The notes beneath the pieces were generated by a model. It had not been told where the DNA came from, did not search any database, and was given only the letters and a program-made list of their open reading frames with translations. From Octopus bimaculoides (taxonomy: Eukaryota): a DNA stretch of 36,666 nt. The translations under genes and the position numbers were made by a program. Shown one piece after another: positions 1-10,204 of the stretch; position 1 is the first letter of the stretch, and each line of letters begins with the position of its first letter. The stretch lies in NCBI RefSeq assembly GCF_001194135.2, contig NC_068989.1, forward strand, positions 37,390,483 to 37,427,148, given 5' to 3'.

Positions 1-28
1 TATATATATATATATATATATATATATA
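1..28. repeat. (TA)n microsatellite
   Basis: Pure TA run at the window start. Confidence 0.95.
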
Positions 29-429
29 ATCAATTGCGAGTTTATGTAGCATATAGTAAGTAGGCAAGACCTCAGTGTCTTTGCGCAGATAATTACTGGT
101 AGATACAAGACGGTGTTTTGTGTTGAGACGCAGGATCTGCAGCAGAAGTTAAAATAACTGGGACTTTGTTTTTTTTTTCTTTAATCACACTTAATATAAT
201 CATTTGTGGATAATTACTAGTATTTTTTGCATTTTAACACGTCTAACTTTCCTTTAGCTATTAACTGAAAAGGTTTCAATATTAACAGTTAAGCCGATAT
301 TGTTCCGAGATTATATTATTATGTTTTAAACTAAGTATAGATACAAGAGCATTATGCCCTCTCTTTTTCTGTCTACTAATGTATTTTTTAACGAATATTT
401 TAAACTAATTGAAGAAGGAGCCAGTTATA

Positions 430-1020
430 TTTGTTTGTATTGTTATTATTGTTAGTATCTTATCTTTGACTGGTTTACAATATCACGATGATAACAATAC
501 TTATGTTGACGTCGTTAATGTTGATATTGCTGCTCCTGATTTTGATGCTGCTTCTGCTGCTTATGATGTTAGTGGTATTATTTACGATGGAGAAGAAAAT
601 AAGAACGGAGGTAGATTGTTATTGTAGTGGTGAGGGCAACGGTGGTAGTTACAATAATTACTTAAATGACATTAATAGAGATAATGTTGATTATGACGAT
701 GATGATGAAGGGAAGGAGGAGGAGGAGGCTGAGGCGGAAGAGGAGGAGAAGGACGAGAGAGAGAGGGAGGAGAAGTAACACAGAAAAATACGGTGGTATG
801 ACACGACAGGGCATGGCTACTAAGAGCACAAAGTAATAGAAAAGCTGTCCATAACACTGCTGCTGATGATTGTGATGAGTGTAATAATTGCGTTAATTGT
901 GATAATGATATAGAAATATAAATCCTAAAGATGAAATAGCAATGAATTTATTACTATGGCGATGATGGTAATGGTGGTGATAATAATGTAGACTTTGGTG
1001 TTGGTAGTAATAGTTGTGTT
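430..1020. repeat. Degenerate trinucleotide low-complexity tract (GAT/TGT/GAG/GGT)
   Basis: Runs such as gatgatgatgaag, gaggaggaggct and gatgattgtgatgag; these explain the poly-L/E/D ORFs in the track. Confidence 0.75.
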
Positions 1021-1651
1021 CAACGATCGTGTTTTGAGATTCATATTTTGAGTAATTAATTTTATGTTTGTAAGTGGGAGATGTGATCAGGTGGATAACG
1101 TGCTTTTGTTACGAATCCCCAGCTCAGATCTGTAATACAAAGTTAGTTATGTTATTTCTTTTACGTCAGGGATATGTCACAAATTGTTTTTTTTTCTTGA
1201 AATTGAATAATACCATCTGGTTGATAACTGATGAAAAATTAGGGACCTTCTGTATATGTCTTCCGTCCGTTTGTGCATACATTATACATTGTTTACTTTC
1301 CGTTTGTGTATTTACAATCCATTTTTTCATTTACTAAGTAACGGAACGCAACACACCCTGTCTTTTATCAACAGTAAGTTATTTATATATTCGTGCGACT
1401 CTATTTCTAGCCTTTCCTCTTTCTCCTTTTTGCTATCTTCATCTCCTTCTCTTCTCTCGCCTTCTTATTTCTATTTCTAGCTTTCCTGCTTTCTCCATTC
1501 CGTATTTGTTTAAGTGTGTATAGAATAACATGCCAGTTGAATAAAGTTACAACATGGTCTTGCTTTCACAGTTTTATTATTGTATCTAAACAAATTTCAC
1601 AATGTTGAAGTGTGTTTCACATTAAAAAAAAATTCAGTAATGTTCATAAAG

Positions 1652-1697
1652 TTCAATTAGCGCTTTCATACGTTCGTAGTAATCATCAGATTTTGAA
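1652..1697 (-). ncRNA. Minimal type I hammerhead-like motif (Penelope-type), slightly degenerate
   Basis: Minus strand reads UUCAAAAU CUGAUGA UUAC-uacgaac-GUAU GAAA GCGC UA AUUGAA. Both core boxes are exact and the stem III loop is the palindrome GCGC. Stem II has 3 bp plus a U-U mismatch; stem I is 3+3 bp with a bulge. Confidence 0.5.
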
Positions 1698-2639
1698 ATG
1701 TATTAACTGACAGTTGAGTTGAGTGCTTGACAAATGTAGCAAAGTGACTGACTTCTCCCTTTTTATACCTATTAGAAGGCTCTGACAAGCTGAATTTTTC
1801 GAATACGGTTTTGACTAGTCAGCATGCCACTTAAGCCTCATGGTTTGCCGGGCCAGCAATATTACTGGCATAGACCCGCTTGTATTTTAACCAATTAGCT
1901 TGCGGTTTACATGTAATGGTTTTGTGAGTAAGAAAACTTAGTCGGCTTCGATCGTTTTTATTTCAATCGGTGGGAGTCTTCTGTAATTTGTTTATATTCA
2001 TATGTTAAAGGTATTTTTTAATCTACATCATTAACTTGTTGCACGCATTCAGAAAATAATTCCGTTTACTTCACCATTCACATTTTCTTGCAGCATTATC
2101 CTGTTTATGTTCAGGCTGGACATTGTCTACGTCGGTTTTCTTACTGCAAGACTTTCATCATGAAACAAGACACAGTTGTCAGTTATTTTCCACGAGGAAA
2201 ACACTCACTAGGCCTGCTTAGAAAAGTTAGATAGATTAGAATTCTATACCAACTGACTTATAACTTCTGACAGAAAACAATATTGTTTCCATAAATATAG
2301 AAGTGATAATCAGTTGGCTTAATTCCAATAGTTTATTAAGATTTATGTTCCCGATCCTGAAAGGCTGAAACAGGTAGCTAAACTCAGCAAGAGTTGTGAA
2401 ATTTGAAAAAATATACTTGATAAGAAATCGTATATAAATAACGTATATAATTCTCATGTTTATAATATAGTATTTCACTCCCTTCAACAACTTCTCTACC
2501 TAAACCAATGAGGATGCTATAAATTTTTGTACGAACTAAAGACAGCAGCTAAATTACCCATAATTCGTACTTGCATCTTTAGTAGAAAAAGAATCTGAAA
2601 AACATTACTTTAAATTAGGTTTCTCATGAAAACTAGATT

Positions 2640-2830
2640 CATAAGGTCGGAGTTTAACCCGGCTGTCAGGGCGTATAAATGACTGAAATTATAACACACC
2701 CTGCTGATCCGTCCCTGGGTTAACTCCCCAGCTCTTACTGAAATTCATTTGCTTCTGGGTAAAGTGAAATGAAGTTTCAGCAATATAACACACCGCCAGG
2801 ACCTGGAATCGAAAACATGATCTTGTCTGT
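2640..2830 (-). mobile_element. Degenerate tRNA-derived SINE, V-domain-like
   Basis: Minus strand has a B-box-like GTTTTCGATTCC followed by CACTTTACCCAGAAGCAAATG...GGGGAGTTAACCCAGGGACGGATCAGCAGGG, which resembles V-SINE central domains (from memory, not searched). Confidence 0.4.
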
Positions 2831-2839
2831 AGCAGTAGC

Positions 2840-2880
<41 letters not shown>

Positions 2881-2885
2881 CAGTA
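2829..2885. repeat. (AGT)n microsatellite
   Basis: About 18 AGT/AGC units. Confidence 0.95.
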
Positions 2886-3506
2886 ACAGAAGCAGCGAAG
2901 ACGACTACAACAATAATACCTCTGCCACCCAGTATTGTTTCCGAACAGGTTGAGCAGTTGCTAGGAGATTTCACGTGTCTAAGTGTCTTAATGCTATTCT
3001 ATGGATGCTGAGGTTGTAATGACGGGGCCTCAGTGCTTTAAGCCTATAAAACTATTAAGACAGTCCTACTACCATCCACATCTATATACACTTATATTTT
3101 AACATATAAAATTACTGTCGAAGCTTTAAAAAAAAATGTCTTGAATAACTTTCATAATTAAATGTTAGAGTAGTAAGAGCTACATGTTGTTCGCTGACTT
3201 TTGACGAATTATATAGCTAGCGTAAGTTACATAATTACCGTCAAATTACTCTCGCCTCACCTATCTAACATACAATTCAGAACTTTGTCTTCCGCTCTAT
3301 CTACGCTGTTCGATCAAAACTAACCTGGAGCTAAACAACACAGAAATCGTCTCAGAGCCTCTTCACATCAATTGATTATGTATTTAGGAATTGGATGTTT
3401 CTGGATCATCGAACTTCTTAATGATTTATTTTCTAGTCTCATGATTATTTTTTTTATCCTAAGTATTGTTTAGTTATTTTTCTATTCTTCTTATTTATTC
3501 ATGTGG

Positions 3507-3725
3507 AAGTAGCGAACTTTCAGAATCGTTAGCGCGTCGGACAAAGTACTTAGTGGCATTTTCCCCCTTGCCCATTACATTCTGAGTTCAAATCCACCAC
3601 AGGTTACCTTCATCTCTCATTTTTCGGGATCGATAGAATGAGGTACCAGTCAATCATAGAGGACGATGAAATCGGCTTGTCTCCCCTCCTCAAAATTTCT
3701 GGTCTTGTCTTAAAATTTGAAATTA
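3507..3725 (+). mobile_element. tRNA-derived SINE family A, copy 1
   Basis: A-box-like CAGAATCGTTAG, B-box GAGTTCAAATCC, central TTTCGGGATCGATAGAATGAGGTACCAG and AT-rich tail; homologous to about 14 other copies in the window. Confidence 0.85.
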
Positions 3726-3933
3726 AAGGCGGTTAGCAAAATGTTCAGCGGCATATTTTCTTCCGGCTTGTTTCGTTGTAAATTCAAATTCTGTCGAAGT
3801 CACCTTTGCCTTTCATTATTTCAGGGTCGGTAAAATAAAGTGTCAGACAAGTACTGCGGTCGATGTAATCAACTTGTCTCCCCACACCTCAAAGTTGTTG
3901 GCCTTGTTGTGCTAAAATCAGAAAGAATTATTT
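3726..3933 (+). mobile_element. SINE family A, copy 2 (head-to-tail with copy 1)
   Basis: AAGGCGG start, AATTCAAATTC B-box remnant, CTTTGCCTTTCATTATTTCAGGGTCGGTAAAATAAAG central domain. Confidence 0.8.
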
Positions 3934-4587
3934 CTTCGTGTAAAAATCAATATCATTATAAGTTGATGGGGTTAATATGTAGACATTTTTGGTAATAGAA
4001 GAAATTTTCTCAGTTCACCGAGATGTATGTTCTTTCCACCCAAAAAACATCCTATTCTTTTTAGTTTATATCTTTATCACCACAGAAAAATAAACCTAGA
4101 AAAAAACGTAAAGAAACCAAATAAATCTCTATTTCGGAATATTTCTATTATTTTTAAATTTCATTTTTGCTATGATTTATATCCCTTGGGCAATCTTTAT
4201 TGAGAAAGTATTGTATGTTATATCGATCTACAAACGTATCTAGTTTACATTTTCAGATAGAGTTAACAGAAAAATATTGAGTATTTTTTATGATATTCTC
4301 CATTTTCTGTTAAATACAATTCGATCGGTTTTTGGACATGTTTATTATAAAATTCTTTATTGTACTTTAACCACAATGTACGCAATCGTATTCTCCAAAC
4401 GTTCCTTTACAGTTACTTTAGAACGTATATTCTCATTTTCTCTTTCAATTTTACAGATAAGGCTTATTATGAAAATACAGTGATTACCACATTATCAGTG
4501 AACTGCTATTTTACAATATTATTACAGTGGAAATCTATTTATATCTTATTAGATATAACAACCATTCTGCAATAATATTGCTGGTGT

Positions 4588-4750
4588 AAGCGGCGAGCGG
4601 ACAGAATTTTTTGTATGTCGGTACTTATTTTATCATAAGAAATGCTCAGCCACATTTCTTATGATAAAATAAGTACCAGCTGAGTATTGATGGCGATATC
4701 ATCAACTTCTTCTCCACCTGGTCTTGTGTCAAAAATTAGAAAGAATGTTC
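4588..4750 (+). mobile_element. SINE family A, copy 3 (internally rearranged, contains a 25-bp perfect hairpin)
   Basis: AAGCGGCGAGCGGACAGAAT head and GATAAAATAAGTACCAGCTGAGTATTG tail; the middle is replaced by an inverted duplication at 4620-4677. Confidence 0.75.
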
Positions 4751-4758
4751 TTGCAGCT

Positions 4759-4975
4759 AATAGCGGCGAGTTGGCAGAAGTGTTAGCGCGTCGGCACAAC
4801 GCATTTCTTCCGGCTCTTTACATTCTGAGTTCAAATTCCGCTGAAATAGACTTTGCTTTTGATCCTCTCGGGGGTCAATAAAATAAGTATCATTCAAGCT
4901 CTAAGGTCAACGCAATCGGCTAACTCTCTCCCCTCATATTTATTGGCCTAGTGCCAAAATTACAAAGAATTACTA
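4759..4975 (+). mobile_element. SINE family A, copy 4
   Basis: GCGGCGAGTTGGCAGAAGTGTTAGC...TTCTGAGTTCAAATTCCGCTG...CTTTGCTTTTGATCCTCTCGGGGGTCAATAAAATAAGTA. Confidence 0.9.
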
Positions 4976-5189
4976 TAATGATCAACTACATTATTACATT
5001 GAGTAATTATTTTACAATATTACACCGAACATTCATTTACCGCATTAATAGATTAAACAATTGTATTATGTGCTCACTGTAATTATACTCTTCATAAATA
5101 TAGTGAACAAATATTTTACGATATTATAAGTAACATCTGTTCACTATGTTAATCAAGTAAACATCTCTTTACCACATTATTACAGTAAT

Positions 5190-5404
5190 AATCAATTCTA
5201 CTTATTGGTACTGGGCTGAATTTTGAAGGAGGGGGTTATTCGATTACTTTGACCCCAATATTGGACTTCTAGTTATTTTATCGACCTCAAAAGGAAGAAA
5301 AGCAAAGTCAATCTCGGAAAAATTTGAACTCAGAACTTAAAGTTGGACGAAATGCCAGTGAACATTTTTGTTCGGTGTGCTAAGGATTCTGCCAGCTCGC
5401 CCTC
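5190..5404 (-). mobile_element. SINE family A, copy 5
   Basis: Reverse-complement copy: TTATTTTATCGACCTCAAAAGG...TTTGAACTCAGAAC...GATTCTGCCAGCTCGCC. Confidence 0.9.
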
Positions 5405-5815
5405 ATATTTGGTCACTGTTATAATGTCATCATAATTACACTGTAATAATGTTCACCATAATTACAGTTAGCAACTATTTTACAATATAACAAGTAACAT
5501 CTGTTAACCATCGTATAGTTAACTATTTTTTCACATTAATACTTTGAGCAACTATTATATACTACTGTAACAACCATCAACTAGTTTATTGCCTTTTTAT
5601 AATGAATCCAATGTTTAACACAATCATTTTACAAATATCATTGCAATGAGCAATTATTTACAATATTAGTACTGTAAGCAACTACTTCATAATGTTGTGA
5701 CAGTGAACAACTAATTTACCACATTTTTTTACAGTGAACAAAAACTTTACCGAATTATAGACATTTAACAATAATTTCACTATATTATTCTAGTGAGCAA
5801 ATATTTACTCTTATT

Positions 5816-6045
5816 CGTCGCTGCAGAAGCAGGCTGGAAGCGGTATCATGACAGGCCCCGCACCAGATGGCTGGATGTGATTAAGGAAGATCTCCAGGGA
5901 CGGGACGTCACCTTGGAGGATGCAGAGGGGCCGGCACGGGACCGCCAGCGATGGAGAACACTGGTCGGCTCTGCGCATGATGACGTCTCTGGGATCACTA
6001 ACCTGAGATGACCCCTCTCAAGCAAGAGAATGAGACAAGCAAGCA
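5816..6045 (+). mobile_element. 5'-truncated LINE 3' end (RTE-like reverse transcriptase C-terminus plus CAAG-repeat tail)
   Basis: Peptide RPRTRWLDVIKEDL...TLEDAEGPARDRQRWRTLV matches the RPxxRWxDxIxxDL...AxDRxxWR terminus of RTE-clade ORFs. The segment is GC-rich in AT-rich DNA, has a caagcaag tail, and has a possible degenerate TSD (actcttatt / actctttttatt). Confidence 0.85.
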
Positions 6046-6099
6046 ACTCTTTTTATTGACAAAGTTATTAATTCTTATTAGGAAATGGGATCAATTCTA

Positions 6100-6305
6100 T
6101 TTGTAAGACCTAGGCACAAATTTGATTGTTTCTTTCATATTAGGCTCCAGGTCAGCTTTTGTCCATCAGATTTATAAACAAAGTCTCCCAGCCATGATAA
6201 TGTAGCATATTTAGACAGTATGTGTAGGACTAAGAGATAGTAGGATGATTTAATGGAGATTTCACTTATATTTCTAGAAAATTGGGTGCTGGATAGAGAC
6301 TCCAG
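6100..6305 (+). mobile_element. Unclassified interspersed repeat (family C)
   Basis: ATGATTTAATGGAGATTTCACTTATATTTCTAG resembles ATGAAATTTGAAGATTTGACTTAATTGTAGC at ~9415 and the reverse complement of ~29420-29445. Confidence 0.4.
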
Positions 6306-6412
6306 TGTTGCTGGAGTCGTCTACTAATTCTATATATCAGTTAGAATTTTATCCAAATTGTTGACGCTATTTCAAGAATCACCTTTCAAAATTCCTCCCC
6401 CTTCCTCCCCAG

Positions 6413-6585
6413 AAAGGCTGCGAGCTTGCGGAACCGTTAGCACGTGAAACAAAAATAATTAACCAATGTTGACTTTACCTTTCATTCTTTCGGGATCGAT
6501 AGAATAAGCACTAGTTGAGCTCTGTGGTCGATATAGTAGACTACACCCTCCACACAAATTTCGGGCCTTGTGACTATAGGAGAAT
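6413..6585 (+). mobile_element. SINE family A, copy 6 (internal deletion)
   Basis: AAGGCTGCGAGCTTGCGGAACCGTTAGCAC head joined to GACTTTACCTTTCATTCTTTCGGGATCGATAGAATAAG. Confidence 0.8.
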
Positions 6586-7510
6586 GGAAAAACATAGCCT
6601 CAGAACTACTTATATTGTGTAAGAGTTATTGTAAAGATAACTTTATTGGTGAGAATCTTTACAAAATATAACTCAATACATTTAACATGTTTTACTCGTC
6701 TATATTTTATACATTTTCCATTTTTCATATTCCTATATGCTTTCTGTGGCAAAGACTTGTATGTCATCTGTTTCTCTTATTTAAGCAGTTATGCAGAATA
6801 TGATCATAAAGATTAAATCTAAAGTGTTTACATTTAAAAACAAAAAAGAAACAAGAAAAAACTAACAAAACATAAAAACCCCAGAAGTTAAAATTTCTAA
6901 GAGATTTAACCATAAAAATGTATATGAAGAGTGATTGCAAGAATGATTATTTTTAACTAAATTTTTATTAAATTCCCTTAATTTTAGTAGGCTGGATTTT
7001 AACATGGTCTTTGTCTTTGGTAAAAGCATATTTCAACCAAAATTATTCGAAACTGCGTTGGAATGAAATTATCAAACGAGGAATTTAAGAAATTAGTTGG
7101 CAATGAAGATAAAATATACCTCTGCAACAAAAAGATCAATTATTGAATATAGTTTATTGAGTCTGCAGTATTTGTTGTACCTGATCAACGTGGATTTACT
7201 TCTTAAGAATAAGAATATGATTGTATTTGGTTCTTGTTAATGGAAAATCTAGAATACATCTGATATAAATATTACGTCAGAATACATGCAATATTGATTA
7301 TGTCAGAATTCATGTGACATTCCTCATGTTAGAATATATCTGCTATGTGCTATGAATATAGTATATATTCTAATATACCATCTTTTGCAAAACTATTAAA
7401 AACTCTCAGGATATGTTATTCACTAAAACGTTTATTTATTTGTTCCTCCACCAACCGAATCCCAAACCTTGATGCATTAATTCACACTAACGGTAGCAAT
7501 ATGTGTACTG

Positions 7511-7513
<3 letters not shown>

Positions 7514-7607
<94 letters not shown>

Positions 7608-7660
7608 CACACACACATACACACACACACATATATATATATGTATATATATATATACAT
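7514..7660. repeat. (CA)n/(TA)n compound microsatellite
   Basis: More than 50 CA units followed by TA. Confidence 0.95.
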
Positions 7661-8244
7661 ATAGAAAACAAAAAACTTATAAAACAAAATGCGTGAGAAA
7701 TACCATGTGGTTTACTTACAAATGATGTCATAAGAAATACAAGTGCGTGGTGCACTGTAGAAGCGTTGTTGATATTCTATGTTCTAATGTAAATAAAGTT
7801 TTGTATGTAAAATCTGAAAGAACTGCCGAGACAATTATAAAGAACACAAAACTAAAACGTCTGATTTGTGAGTGGAAATAAGATTCGTTTATGACGAGAT
7901 TCAATCCTCCAAATCCAGTTTGATAAAAGGAAAGTATATGAATATCCTTGTTTAACCTTCAGACTTATTCTTTTTCAAATATCGATTACACAAATAATGT
8001 TTTTAGATACTCTCCAGACAGTTTGTCTCACTGGTTTGACACCAGAATATGGTTATTATTAATGGTATGTTATAACAAAAGATGAAACAGAATGATTAGT
8101 ATAATATTGCTAATGATGATAATTAACTAGACAATGTTACTGAAACGCATACACTTCGTTATAAAATACAAAAACAGTTTAAGGCTTCAATACAGTATTT
8201 GTGGAAAAACCAATGTTAATTCTGTGACTATCTCATCTTTATTG

Positions 8245-8430
8245 TGGATAGCTGACCCTAAGAATTGATGGTGGTAGAAGTGACAGTCAATTTTTCGATC
8301 GAACTGAGAAAACTCAGTTTACATTGGTTTTCATAGTGTAAGTGTTTGCAATTTGTCGATTGCTAATCTTGACAAAAGTGTTACCATTTTTCAGTGACGA
8401 GGAGGGATTTGAACTCAGAATGCACAGAGC
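8245..8430 (-). mobile_element. SINE family A remnant
   Basis: GAGGGATTTGAACTCAGAATG is the reverse complement of the B-box region; flanks are degenerate. Confidence 0.5.
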
Positions 8431-8436
8431 ACAAGC

Positions 8437-8730
8437 AACACGACGACTACTAAAACATCACTACTACCAACACTGCCATTAGTAACATCACCACTACAAA
8501 CACTATTTGTACCAACACGACCGCTACTAACACCACAGGTATATAGAACCTTACCATCGCCAACAGCACAATTACCAACATAACCGCTACCAACACCATG
8601 ACAACCAACTACACCGCAACCAACACCACATCTATCAACACTACCGCTACAAATACCACCATTATAAACACCACCACCACCACCACCACCACTTCCATTA
8701 ATTTCAGCATGAACTGCACCATTACGTCGT
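8437..8730 (+). repeat. 15-bp-period minisatellite (AAC ACC ACC RCT ACC-like), reads as serial N-x-T units
   Basis: AAC/AAT recurs every 15 nt for 15 consecutive units from 8454, with one extra TAG triplet after unit 6. Confidence 0.85.
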
Positions 8731-9675
8731 TAACCCAAAGTTCTGTGCTGGAACATTCTCCACCCGCACCCCACTCGATAACTGCATAGTAACAGATACC
8801 GTCACACTCTGACCGAACTTATCTTCCTCGTCTCTTCTGTAGCCACTTCCAGAATATAACTAGGAAGCCTCTCAACCTGTAAGAAAAAAACAGGCAAATT
8901 TCTATAATCCCGTCCTTCTTTCTTGGGAAAGGGCTCATAAAAGTAGGGGAAAGCTATAGATTCAGTCATCATATACCTGCTTAAAAAGGGCTGACTTGGG
9001 GCTAAAACACAATAAGAACAACAATGACAACAGACATAAAAATTTAGAGTGGACAGCTGCAAGAACACAACCTGTCCAGATGGTCACACTACATATCATA
9101 CGATGTAAGACCGTATGTTGGTGTATGCAACACAGACCTCACTTATATGAATGTATGATAGATTGAAAACACCAGTCATCCTCATCTAGCGTTGCTTGAA
9201 TTCAATTCAGTTTTGTTGGGATAGAAATCTGGCATTCAAGTAGCCAGTTGAATTACTGGTGAGACTCACAAATTTAGTGATTGAGCAGCTTGTTTATTTG
9301 GCAGTTATTTGTGGAATTTTCATTGCTGTGGACATTTCATTTTTTGTTGGCATGTATTATTATATGCAGGATTAAATATTATCTATAGATTCCTCTGTTT
9401 GTAAGATAGCAGGATGAAATTTGAAGATTTGACTTAATTGTAGCAAATCAAGCGGCCACATACAGACTTTTATTGACTCATTTTTTTACTTGCCGTAAAT
9501 AATGCAAACTAGCGGGACCCGTTAATATTTCACAGAATTAATGGTAAACCTTTTGAGTTAATTCTGAAAATACCTGAAAGCGTAGCCTGTGTTGTGTCTG
9601 TATGGAAAGACAGTTGGTCATCTGCTATTCATTTAAAAGTGAAAGAAATTAGAATATGATGGTTACTAAATGGAC

Positions 9676-10200
9676 TTTATATATACACTTTATATACTTA
9701 ATGCACAATTTTATAGACTTAATACATAGCCCTCATAAAATAAATATTCACTCTTTTTTTCCATTTTCCCCATAAACAAAAAAAATATCCTGTACATATG
9801 ATACAACCTTTAGTTAAATTGCATATATTTGCCACGTAAATAAGCGTTAAGTGATAGGTGATATAAAAAAACTTAGTTCTATTAAAAAAATACACTTTTC
9901 ACATCCAATGACCACCACCTCCATCTCCATCACTATCACTTCCATCATCCTCTCTCTCTCTCTTCTTCTCTCTCCCCTCTTTTCCCTTCTCTTTCTCCCT
10001 CCTCTCTATCTCCCCTCCTCTCTCTCTCAGTGCCTTTCTTGAACCTCGCCATCAGAACATCACCCCTTTTCCTAAAATTATACTTTTAACTCTCCTCCTC
10101 TACTTTCAACTAACGTTTTTAACCACGTAATAAATATTATGTTCCCCCTATCTCACGTCATGGACACTTCTCTCTCCCTCTTTTTCTGTCTCCCGCTTTC
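9676..10200 (+). repeat. Tandem segmental duplication, copy 1
   Basis: Colinear high identity (roughly 85-90% by eye) to 10205-10965, including CATATGATACAACCTTTAGTTAAATTGCATATAT and AACCACGTAATAAATATTA. Confidence 0.9.
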
Positions 10201-10204
10201 TATT

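Larger units (their letters stand above)
4470..5815. repeat. Decayed ~29-30 bp minisatellite (consensus ~ACAGTGAACAACTATTTTACAATATTATT), interrupted by SINEs
   Basis: Consecutive units are visible at 5643-5815; related units at ~4496, 4997, 5100, 5464 and 5540. Confidence 0.7.

Noticed and set aside
409-857. Hydrophobic or acidic ORFs (poly-L, poly-E)
   Set aside because: They are products of degenerate trinucleotide repeats.
2095-2226. 132-nt open plus-strand exon candidate (HYPVYVQAGHCLRRFSYCK...)
   Set aside because: Weak donor, no recognisable homology, and a length within chance expectation.
2210-3330. Minus-strand 5-6 nt microexon-like sites (cag|GCCTA|gtgagt near 2210; ttag|CTCCAG|gttagt near 3325)
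   Set aside because: Sites this short arise readily by chance in AT-rich DNA and have no independent support.
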